Source: Cercozoa sp. M6MM (lineage: Eukaryota > Protista > Endomyxa: Ascetosporea). Taken from it: DNA of 64,000 bases. The notes under the pieces are model-generated. The model was not told the origin of the DNA. It searched no databases and saw only the letters and a list, made by a program, of their open reading frames with translations. Numbering within the stretch: the first letter of the stretch is position 1; each line of letters opens with the position of its first letter. Of the stretch, positions 49,171-60,431 are shown piece after piece. The translations under genes and the position numbers were made by a program. The stretch lies in NCBI GenBank assembly GCA_040357565.1, contig JBDODJ010000023.1; one strand, 5' to 3'.

Positions 49171-49483
49171 CTAAGCTGCAAAAACCTGTATGATCGAGGT
49201 TCTGGATCAGGAGAAAGGTAATCGGTACCAACGGCAAGCCCACAGAGGGTGACTAAAACGTAATGAAGGAAGCCAAATGCGGGCTTAGGCCGCTGGCACC
49301 GCCCTGCACCTGCGAGCACCAGAGGAAAGTGGACTTTAAACCAAGCTCAGGCAAAATGTACAAACGGACGGTACAAATTCAGCCAAGTCGTTGCCTGGCT
49401 CCCAGGTGTTGTGTGGTGACAGCTTGCTTGGTCGTGTGCTCTATTCGTTAGTCAACAGAAATACACTCGATCGCTTTGGTGCC

Positions 49484-52400
49484 ATGCCACCGGTAGGCTA
49501 TTGCTTTTTGGGTGAAATCAAAATGTGTCAATTCGTCGTGTTTTGTGCTGCAGCGTCGCCAACCGGCGGCGCAGACTCGCAGCAGCAGGCGAAAAAGCAA
49601 GGTGAGAACTTTTTCGCGGCGAAAATCGACTACTTCGGTGCCAGAGACGAAAGCACAAGCTCCAAAGCGAAAATCACCCCGGGTAACGAAATCTTTAAAA
49701 TCTTCAGCCTCGCCAGACAAGTCAGAGCCCATAACGCGTCCCTCGACGCGAAAATCAGTGAAGTCAACAGCGCAATCCAAGAAAGCTGCGACGAAGAGCG
49801 CAAAAATACCTACTCGATCGACGAAGAAAACAACGAAATCGACGAAGAAATCGCCTAAAGCGTCTAAAAAGTCGGCGAAATCAAAGAAATCACCAAAAGC
49901 TGCTAAAAGATCCGCGAAAGCTGCTTCCGACGTTTCTGAATCGAAAGAAGCTTCTGCCGAGCCGGGTGCCGCGAGAGTCACGCGAGCGACGACGAGGACG
50001 ACGAGATCAACGCCGAAAGCCGCAACTCCGCCGCTTGCAGAAAGCGACGTTGCTCAAGCTCAAGAAACGCCGGACGTTTCAAAACTTGGTGATGATGCTC
50101 AAAAGGATGGTCCAAAGAGTCTCATCGTCCGTATTCGTCGCGTTCGTGGTTTTTTATCTCCTCGGAACAATCGACGGCGGTCCGCGCGGAAGTATGTTTC
50201 TTGACCCAGTGACCGAGATATGCATATATTATAATTTTTTGAAGTTTAAATTGCATGTATTTATACAGAAAAGCTGAAAGCACGAATTATCGCGTCATTT
50301 CCGTCGATGAGTTGTATTTTCGCGTTTTGTGTTTTTGGCTTTTTGCCTTTCTTTCTGTCGCTCTACTATTGCAATTCAGGCCAGGTGATGAGACGACTCA
50401 GTACTTGAGTTGGCTGCAAGCACGTCGCGGTGTTATCGGCATCGCCGGCTTGCCCGCGTATCTTGCTCTAAGTGTTTGTTTGATGAAAGGAATGCAACTG
50501 AAGCCATAGTTTTGATGTTTCAGTGATTACGGTTTGCGACTGCGTTTCCGTCGCTCGCTGTTGCCCGGAACGTTGTTTGCGTCAGTTCCAACGTCGCCTT
50601 TGCCGGTAGAAGGCAGATTTACCCCCTTGACTTCTCCCTTGCTGTGCATGCTTTATATTTATAGGAGGAAATTGACAAAGCGATTTTGCACGAGTTGCGA
50701 CCGGAAGGTACCAGTATATATATTTTTTTAAATCGCTCGACCTTATTGTTTCCCAGCTGTTCCAGGAACGCCGATGCCCAACTCACAGAAGCTCTCACGA
50801 CCTTTTCCGCGTGCACCTGATGTACGTCGCCTTTAATAAAACAAACACCACCTTAACAACACACACCCTTGACGTGCTCCTTTTGCAATTCAGTGCTTTT
50901 TGCACAGGAAGCCGATGTGAACCTGCCGCTGCTGCGCGAGTTTCCGCAGCTTTCCTCGGCCTGCCCGTTGTTAAAACAAGTAGGTTCGCTTCTAATATGA
51001 TATGGTACTGTAGATGGCACCTGGACCTTGTTCAGGTCGATCCCGACGCCGAGGATTTCCACTTTCTGCAAGCGAAATCCGAAAATTCCGTATTTTCCGT
51101 TGCTTCATTAGAAACAATTTTTTGGGAATTTTTGTGCTACGCTTTCGTTTGCAGAATCGGCGAAATCAAAAGCGCTGGAAACCATTGCGCATTGACCACA
51201 AAACTGTAGATTTTTTGTCTATCCCTCCCCTGTGTGAAGGCGAAGAAAATACAAAATTACAAGCTTGAAATCACTAGGTGTGTTTCGCGGTGCACGACGA
51301 ACTGACGCGCGATTATTTCGCCGAAGATGACAGTGTTGAGTCAGGTTCACTAGTACATGTGGTATCAGTGGGGGTTGTGAATATCGCTAACTGGCGCCTG
51401 ACTCATACCAGACTTGACGCGTACCGAGTCGACACTGTACCGCCCGAAGTCATCGCACTACTCGGGACTCTGCTCGGTGTTGTCGCCGGTGCAGTGGCCT
51501 ACCACTCGCACACTCAACGGCCGTCCGGTGCGTTGTTCACTTTGTTGCTCCTTCAATTGCTTGTGCTGTGTTGTTGATCGAGTGTTGCTGCGTAGACCAT
51601 GGTGAAGGTGCCGGTGCTGACCAACACGTTGCGAGTGGTCACTCTCAAGATGAGTGCATGGCAACTGGCGCAACTGCTGCCACAACACACTCTGCCGCGG
51701 CTAAACAATGCGGCTGATGCTTTGTCGGTCGACACTCACGACAGCGACTACGACATTGACGACGACAACGTTGATCAGGACTACACATCGATCGATATCG
51801 ACGCTGTGCTGTGGCTACGGTACTTAGACCTCCCTTTTTAATCCAACGGTTGTACCTGTGTTTTATTGAGATAGAGGAAGATTCCAGGAACTGCGAGACT
51901 GGCGCACACACTCGAAAGCCTCCTCGCGAAGAACGTGCACGAAAACCGCGGAAACACTGCGCTGTGGCGCCGAAGATGCTCTCGAGCTTTCGATTTCTGT
52001 GCGACGCTTTCATTGCAATCTTGCGCGCACAGAGGTTATCTTTCTCCCGTTTATATTTGTCTTATGACCCAAACAATACATTGCAGGTCATCGTACCAAA
52101 CGAGCACTGGATTCCAGAGTTCCGTGTTGCAACTGAGTCGATGGGAACCGTAGTTTACTTTTTCGTTTTGAGGACGGAAGGGTGGTTGACCTGAGATATG
52201 TTTGTTCAGTCGGTGAAAGCACTTAAAATCAACGGAGAAATCGGCGCACGCTTCTTGGCTTTTCTCGCACATCAACTCACACGTAAACTGTTGTTTTCCT
52301 CATTTCGTTTGTTTGCCAAACATTGTGTTGATTGTGTTTTCTAGGCGCAAGGGGGCTGGAAAAACGTTTGGCGCTGTCGAATCTTGCCTGCATACCCATT

Positions 52401-54398
52401 AGAGGCGAAGAACGCGACAGGAGCGTTCCTGCCGATCACTGCGATTTATTGACTCGGTACACATCTTTCGCAAACTTTTTTTTTTTTTTGCTTTCTCCCA
52501 GCTGAGTGAGTTTCGCTTTGAATTGAAACAGCGCGTCGCACAAACAGGTGCCATTGTCGTTTTGGTCGCCTACCGATGAGTTTGAGGCGTCACAAAAGAA
52601 AACTCCTCGTGTCTGCCGACGATTGGTACTGATTATTGTTCTATTTTCGCATCCGCGTGGACTAGTACTTCTTGTAGATTAGGAGATATCAAGATCCTGC
52701 AGAGGTAAATTGGTTTGATTTGAGTTGGGTTGCTGGGTTGTTGCTTGTTGATATGTGTGTGGCCAGGCGCATAAAAAAGCGCTGTGCGACGCTGAGCGCT
52801 TTCGAGTCGATCTCGCTTTGGCGCTTGAATCTTCTGACGAAGAAAGCGACGAGGATTCCGAGAGCGTTTGCAGTTCCGCCGAAGACGCGCAAAAGACAGT
52901 GAGAAGCAGTGACGAAGATGCTCCGCGCAAACGCCGACGATCGTCGACACGGGCGCAGATCTTGGAGGTAATAGCACAAGTACAAGTGCCTTGTTACAAC
53001 ACGTTTGTCACACTTGTTCTTATAGGAGAAGCGCCAGCGGCAACGAGAGAAAGAAGAGAAACGAGAGCGACAAAACGAAATCGCGTTCGTGCGGGTGTGT
53101 TCCTTTACAAAATACCACAAAGCTTTTGTCGAAGGTGATTTTTTTGCTTGAGCAGAAACTCATGGCGAAAGCTGAAGCCGGCGATCGCACAGCGCGTCGC
53201 AAACTAAACTCAAGGCAGTATCGCATGCTGTTTGAGGAATTGAAGGTAGTGTTTCAGTCTTTTAGACAGTGTTAAGCTTTGATGCAGTGTGTGTGTCAGG
53301 ATGAAGAGTTCGTGTGTCGAGCTTCAACTTCACGCAGTTCGGCCGTTGTTGGAGGTGCGTTTGGTTGTGTGTGCACCTGAGAGGGTGAGAGATGATAGTG
53401 ATCAAATGGTCAGGACTGCGAGGCCGTACACGCGTTCTGCCCACAATGGCCGACCCTGTGCCAGCCGAGGCGACGCAACAGGACAGACAGGCGATAGTGC
53501 ACGGTGCCACGCAGCACCGCAAGGTGTATGTGCCTCACGTCGCTGAACTCACGTACGACGAGTTCAGTAGCTTGCTTCAAGGTAACTTTCGTACTCGTTG
53601 TTTTCGTTTGTTGTACGTGTCTTCACTCTGCTTCCGCTGCAGAGGACACCACCGGGTCTCGCACAAAGCTTGTCGACGTGAAAGCTGGCGCTGAGGATAT
53701 CAGGTGTGTCTGTGTCTGTGTGTTTGTGTCTGTGAGTGTGTCTGTGTGTTTGTGTGTGTAGGTGTGTCTGTGTGTGTGTCTGTGTGTCTGTATGTCTCTG
53801 TGTGTGGGTGTGTGTGTGAGGTTGTTGCATTTGGTATGTCAGTATGATGCGTACCTGCTTGGTTTAGTGATTCGGCTTACCGTAATCGGCACGCGCACTT
53901 GCTGGAACAAGAGCGCGAACTGCGAGGTGCCGACGAGAGTTACAACACCTACGCCGACTCTGTGTTCAACGACATTGACGTCATGCCGTCCAAGCTAGAA
54001 CACAATGACGATATCGATCAGGTAAAAACGAATTTCGCCCTTCTTTCGCTTTGCAGGCATTTACACGAAATTGCAGTGGGCCGTGTGCTCTGCTTCTTCA
54101 TGCCGAAAGTGGCGCCTGCTGTCGAAAACGAGGTACCTCTGCTCGTTTTACTTATCATAGCAATGACTGATACTCAAAAAGACACAAGATGGCACTCGGT
54201 AATCGCTCGTTCTTCTGCGGCGCTCTCAGCGAGCCGTGTGCCGCCGAGTGTGCACTCCTGGACGACTGGCTGTTCAAATGCGTTGGTCTGCACGGCGCTC
54301 TGCGACTCCGGCACGCTGGTTCACTTGTTTTTTTCTTAATCTACTGTCTGATGTCCAGTTGTCGTGAAAAACAGGTGTCCATTCGGTTGAGACCTTGA
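49484..54398 (+). CDS. Large many-exon hypothetical protein with histone-H1-like K/S/T/A-rich N-terminus (may be two genes)
   Basis: MPP|RRQPAAQ...KKTTKSTKKSPKASKKSAKSKKSPKAAKRSAK, then ~20 short protein-like exons, acidic patches and a PRKRRR NLS-like motif, ending VSIRLRP*. Confidence 0.55.
53704..53818 (+). repeat. Imperfect (TG)n/(TGTGTC)n intronic microsatellite
   Basis: Read directly from the sequence. Confidence 0.9.
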
Positions 54399-54993
54399 AG
54401 AAGAACAAGCAATTGCAGTCCGAAATTGCGCAACTTGGCTTCTTTTATGACAGTCAAAGCGACGAAGTGCAACTGTTGTATCACTGACTCGACGGACTGT
54501 CGCGAACGGTGGCTTTCGCTTGTCTATCGTCGCGTTAGCCGAACGTAGATTGCGTTGATTAGTCAGACGACGTTGCGGGACTTCGCGTTGAAGTAATACG
54601 ATGTTGCGGCGATGTTGCGGCACGTTTTAAAAGTGGCAAAACGAGTCGTGTGCTGTCCCGTACTGCAATAAAACTAGAGTCTTGCTTCGGGAAAACTGTA
54701 TGCGTGTGCCCTAGAACTTTCGTTAAGCTCGTCACCTACCCAGGTCAACCGGTACCATGAAGTAATCCTGATGATGGTAGGGTACCTTTTGCACTCCTCA
54801 GCAAACGGATCACAAATCCCCAACGGCGCAACGAGTTGCTCAATCTCCGCGCTGCTTTTCGATCAAAAGGATCGATATTCGATATCGGTCCTGTAATTAA
54901 CTACGTTGAGGTACGGTTGAGTAGACGTAAAACTGACAACTCATTCTGTTGATCTGGCCTTCATGCAGGTTTGCAGTAAAGTATACAGGGGAG

Positions 54994-57661
54994 ATGCTGT
55001 TGCTACTGAGCGCTCTGCTCCCGCTGACTTCATTAGCAAGCGCCCGCGAGGTTGTTTGTAGGTTGATTTATTTTCGGTGGCAACTTGAAAGAAGATCCCT
55101 TTTGCCGACAGCAGCTGCGCTTGGTCCTCAGAACATGACGATCAATTTTATCAACGACTGCATCGTACGACATTTGAAGACGTTGCTATGTCACGACTCT
55201 AGATAGCCCAGTTATGTGTAGAGAATCGTGTCGTGGGACATTCCGAATGACACTGAACATCCAGTGAGCAGCATTTTACTGGGCTTGTAGCAACTCGTAT
55301 CTGACACATTGGTACAAGTAGGCCAGAACCGCAAGCGAAGAATCAGTCGTTCTCCAGAATGTGCCTCGCCTGGGTGGAGGCAGTGGTGATTTTTCTCTTC
55401 CCTGATAATTGAAAACTGAACATGACGAAGCAAACATTGACGACACTGAGCAGACAGTTTTGAAATCAAGTGCGAGCACTGGACCGGTTCCTTCGTGCAA
55501 AGCTGGCTCGAAGAACTCGTCCGGGTATTCAATGCCTTTTCTGAGATTAGTAGACCACGTGCGTTCCAACAGACCGTGAACGTGCAACACGGCCGGCCAG
55601 AGAGTCAGACGTTTGACTGTTACTATGACGTGTTTGGGTGGGAGAATGGACCGTGGGGTACTACCAGCTCGGAGTGCCGGTTTATGCCAGCTAGCGGGCG
55701 TGATTCCGGTAATTTTAGTTGAATGTCCATGCCAACCTCTATCGAGATGTTGTTCCACTGTTTGTTCAGATTACCAGTTGAAACACTTTGACTTCCGTTT
55801 GGGTAGACACATTTTATTACAAAATCTTTGAGTGGTGCTTAGTTGTCGATGTTCGACTTCCTCCCTCTAGCACGCGTCCTAAATGACACTCACGAGAGTC
55901 CGTCGGTGGACGTTCTCGACTACTACCATGCGGCCTTGCCCTATGGTACGCCATAAACACTAGTCAATTGGGTGCCCTGTGAAAGGCTGACCATACTGTT
56001 GCGACAGACCCTAGTTTTGACCCTGTGGTGACTGGCCAAGACGAGATCGAGCTCCGCTTTCATCATCAACCCGACGATCGTCACCGCAAAAACTTCACGA
56101 CTTATGTAATAAAACAGCGATGTATTGGGGAGGGAAAGTCTCTATGAATGTTCCAAAACTGCAGATTCAATACTGGGACAATGACGTACCGTCACTCCTC
56201 CGCGGGTATTCACACCGCGCCATCAGTGTATACGGAGGACGTTCATGTCACTTTGCGCCCGCTCCCGTTTCAGTTCGGTCTGACTTCGCTTGAGCAGGAC
56301 GTACTGGGTACGTAGACTCAATCGTCTGCGTTTCTTTTGGCGAGGTGATCAGTTGTTTCCTATCACTGTTAGGCGCTCACATCCGCTTGTATTTGGATTG
56401 GAGCGAGACACTCCAGGCGGGTCCAGCTGCAACTGGAATGGAAATCCACGCCAAAAGAGTTAATCTGAGCTCTCCCTTCGTTGTGCAGTTGTCGCATTTC
56501 ACTCCGTACCTTTTGATGCTTGATTTCACTTTCAAACATGACTTCTTAATTGTGCTTGGACAGAAGCGTCCACACGGTGAAGCTGTACCTTTGGGAAGCA
56601 CCAGATCTTGCGCTTGGCTACGAGTACCTTCTCTGACAGTAACTGATCAATTGGTGTGCTGGCTGTACGAACTGTGTTCTTGCAGGTACGAACTGACGCT
56701 AGTCACCAAGAACGAACATGGAACGCGAAGGAGTATGAACACCGAGTTGGTAAAACAAACAGCGATGTACTCAATAATTGAGTCAGATACCCTTCCTTCA
56801 TTCAGATCAAGCTCGGGCGTGACCCGACGCCAGTCCAAGACCTGGCGTACGTTACCAACGACATCAAGAACGACACACATGCCAGTGTTGTGATCACTTG
56901 GGTGATGCCAGCTGATACTGGTGAGTACACCTTTTTGCGTTTGTTTGCTGCCATCAGTCAATGACTGAACCCCCTCCCGTATGTAGGCACTGGAGAGCGT
57001 CCGATCAAGTATTACATTGTTGAAGTCACAAAGGACAACAAACGTACGCAGTACACTCAAGTGGAAAATCACTTCGAAGTTCAAAGCGCTGAGTTGGACT
57101 CGATTTTCGTCGTTGCGGTACAGAACAACACCTCATTCTATCAGTTGCCTTGTTTTGTATCCGGGACATTCAGGTCACTGCGGTGAACGCGTTGGGCATG
57201 ACGTCCGAGGTGGCAACAGTCAACGTGAAACCTGTAAACTGATCTTTTCGTCTGCACACTTGCCACTTCTTGTGAACTGACCGCCCGAACCACCACCAGG
57301 CGAAAGTTGGCGAGGAAGGCACTACCGCTGCTAATCTTGCTAAAGGCGGTTCCATGCCTCTTTATGGCATTCTGGTAAACCCTCTTTTTCCAAATTAAAA
57401 ACGTCGCAAACGAATCTGTTGCCCCAGATGCTCGTGTTGATCCCGTTGCTGCTGCTGGTGTTGGCTATCGTTTACTACTGTCACAAGTCAAAGTACCAGT
57501 GCTCCGTTCAGTGCTGTAGCTCTCATGGATGTTTGTTTTTTAGGGACCCCGATCTCGACGTCTTTGCATTCGGACCGGCGTTCAACCGAAACAGCGATGA
57601 CTTGGACGAAATCCTGTCTGTGTCGTTGGAAGGCCTGAACAGCGCCGTCCCAATTCCATGA
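54994..57661 (+). CDS. Type I membrane protein with fibronectin type III domains
   Basis: Signal peptide MLLLLSALLPLTSLASA. FN3 patterns PTPVQDL...VVITWVMPADTG..PIKYYIVEV...VTAVNALG and YELTLVTKNEHG. TM LMLVLIPLLLLVLAIVYYCHK and a short acidic tail. Confidence 0.82.
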
Positions 57662-58412
57662 TAACTGACGTGATTCAACTGAGACAACTGACTGAAACTA
57701 ATGAATTCATCGATTGATCGCCATGAACGCTGCCATCGATGAGCCGAGCGGTGAAACGTGAACCATCGCATGCTGAAACTTAACGGGAACCCACCCCTTT
57801 CGGGCGGCCCAATTTTTGAGCCAGGAGGAAATGATCACAGCTTGGGCCCCAAAGTACCTTGATTAAACCGCTAAACGTGTTCAGTAGTGTGTGACACTAG
57901 TTTAGGTGTTATTGTAGTCAATGAAGGTAGTATTTGTTCGGACTTGAGTTTATATTTGTTTTTCCCGCCCGAGGCACCCACGTGTCTAGATTTCTGGATG
58001 TGTTGTTGTTGTATTTTGATTAAATAATGTTCTTTTTGAACGTAAAACTATTGGTGTTGTTGCCCTTCTATTATAGCGTCAATTTGTGCATCGGCAAGTC
58101 GGTTAAATGCCTGCTCGGAAGCTCGCCGACGAGGTCGCTGCTGGTCGGCATTGAATCTGTCATGTACTTGAAGAATGGCGACCTCCTCCAGGTATGGATC
58201 CTGCTGCATGAAGCGTCTCAGTCGACGCCGTCTGCGTGGGCGAGGATTCTGTGTACATGAGGGTGTCAATGGTTCTAGAAATGGTTGTTCTGTGGGGAAA
58301 GTACGTCATCACTGCGCTCGAGGGCGTCTTCTTCGTCTGCCAAAGCAAGCACCTGATCGACGAACTTCTGGTCCAGTGCATCCAGCTCTGTCACGAGAAG
58401 GCCGGCTTTCAA

Positions 58413-58963
58413 TTACGAGCTGCGCTGGAGCCGAATGCCCTGTACAGACAACTCAAATGTCGTGGCGGCGGCGGTGGTGGTGGTGGTGGTGGTGTGTGTG
58501 TGTGTATCTATGCACCTGAGTGAAGAGGCAAAACAAGGCACGTTCCCACACAAAGCGCTTGCGTTTCCGTTTTTGTTGAACCGTCTGACTGCGCGTGTCA
58601 AGGAATCGCGTCAAAAATGTGACGTCGTGGTCTTGCTCGCCAATTCGGAATCCAAGCGACGCATTGCGCATCCACTGCGCAAAATTGATGGTGAGAGCGA
58701 TGCTGGTAGGGTCTGTGACGCCTTTCGTCAGCACCAGCTCACTCAACAAGCGGCGCACGTGACTGTGTCCGCCCTCGGTGCTGTTGGTGTTCACCTTTTT
58801 GGTATCGCCACAGGTCGAGGCTTTCACCCACTCGACACGATGGTTCACCGACTCAAGTACAGACGCAAGGTCCTCCGGCGTCACCATGTCGACTGCACTG
58901 CCCTTCATCTCGGCGATGATCTCACGCATTGCCTTCGGGTAGGCCTTCCACGAGTCGCTACAG

Positions 58964-59052
<89 letters not shown>

Positions 59053-60115
59053 ACTACGTATAAAAGTACGTTTGTGTTTGAAAAAGCGAGGAACCGGGCT
59101 TTATCAACACGTTTTTCTTGACGATAGGAAGAAATGTTGCTGCGTCTCGGCGCAGCGACACTTGGTACCGATACTCAAGTACTCGTCGCGTCTCGGTGTT
59201 GTTGTCCTGCATAATTAACACTCACTTGTGTGTGACAGAGCGCAGTTAGTCTATAATACCTTTTCAAAGAAGCGAGCGGACAACGTCATCGAGAATACCC
59301 ACACTCTGGTATCTCGTTGTGGCCGACAATGGGGGTTGCGAGACAGCTTGTTTTTGCCAAGACAGAACTGAACAACCCAGGTACTTTGTTTCGAGCTTAC
59401 ACAATACAACGGATAAAATAACCTACCTCATCGATCTCGGTGACAAAGCCCAAAAAGTCATCAAGCCCGAGCTCCTTGGCCTTCGATGTCCACAGTTTCT
59501 TGATCTCCTCCTCGTCGTCCGTGCCGCAGACACGCTCACCGAGCTTGTACCGGCTCTGGCGCAGTCTCTCACTGCCTGCGAGTGAGCAGAAAACACGACG
59601 TCGCAGTGACTGTGCCCACCGGTGCTCCTGATTCGCCGTGTCGGCCATGGACTCGATCGTTGCTCGCTTACATAGCAACTCGTGTATCGCCAACAACTGA
59701 TTCTTCATCGAGCCGTTGCCGTGAGACAGCACGGTGTGAAAGTCATCGTCATTGGTGGTCGAGAGTCGCACCGCCTCTTTCTTGCACTTGGGCGTGCGAT
59801 TGTTGTTGCCTGCCTTTTTTAGGCAACACCAGACCAGGACCTCCTCACCATGGCGTTTGCGCACTGCCAGTTGGAGGCGTTGCTTGCAGTGTCGGCACTC
59901 TGGCACGTCATCTGCGGCAATGTTCTCCGTGACGAGCGACTGCATGCACATAGTATATTTTTCTTGTTTCTTGGTGTTGTTACTTGTTATTTTACCTGTA
60001 TCGCAGTCAGCAGGGTTTTGGTGCTGAGTTTCGATAATTGCGTTGCCGCACGCGCAGAATACAGCGCCTCCAGTGCCTCTTCAGGCGTTTTGATCGCTTC
60101 TGGCTTGCCACTCAT
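58413..60115 (-). CDS. Merlin/ISXO2-like DDE transposase (5 introns)
   Basis: Zn-ribbon CRHC...WCC...KC, then VTEIDE|FCLGKNK...WVFS, RRDAATFLPIVKKNV..PGS...YT|DSWKAY and SVNHRVEWV...VNTNSTEGGHSHVRR. All three catalytic acidic residues are present. Confidence 0.88.
58965..59051 (+). repeat. (TG)n microsatellite inside a transposase intron
   Basis: Pure dinucleotide run of ~87 bp. Confidence 0.95.
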
Positions 60116-60431
60116 GAAGAATCAAGATATTTTTAACGCACACCAGGCCGATCGCGCTTATTTTAACGCTCCGCAGCTCACAGTAACTTAGGCACAATGC
60201 CTCTACAAATAAAACCTGCTATCTTAGTTGTGCTGACCAAACAAAATCTCTTTTTTGGATCAAGGTTTTCGGCTCAAAAATTGGGCCGCCCGAAAGGGGT
60301 GGGTTCCCAAACTGGGAGTTTTAACTGTAGTTAACTGAATGATTAATAGATTAAGTTACGTTACGATTTATGCACATCGACCGGAGGCTTGCATTCGATT
60401 TGCCTTCAGCTGAGTCAAGTAAAGGCAGAGT

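Larger units (their letters stand above)
57785..60308 (-). mobile_element. Full-length Merlin (IS1016/IS1595-related) DNA transposon, ~2.5 kb
   Basis: Perfect 38-bp TIRs GGGAACCCACCCCTTTCGGGCGGCCCAATTTTTGAGCC at 57785-57822 and 60271-60308 enclose a DDE transposase gene. No clear TSD. Confidence 0.93.
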
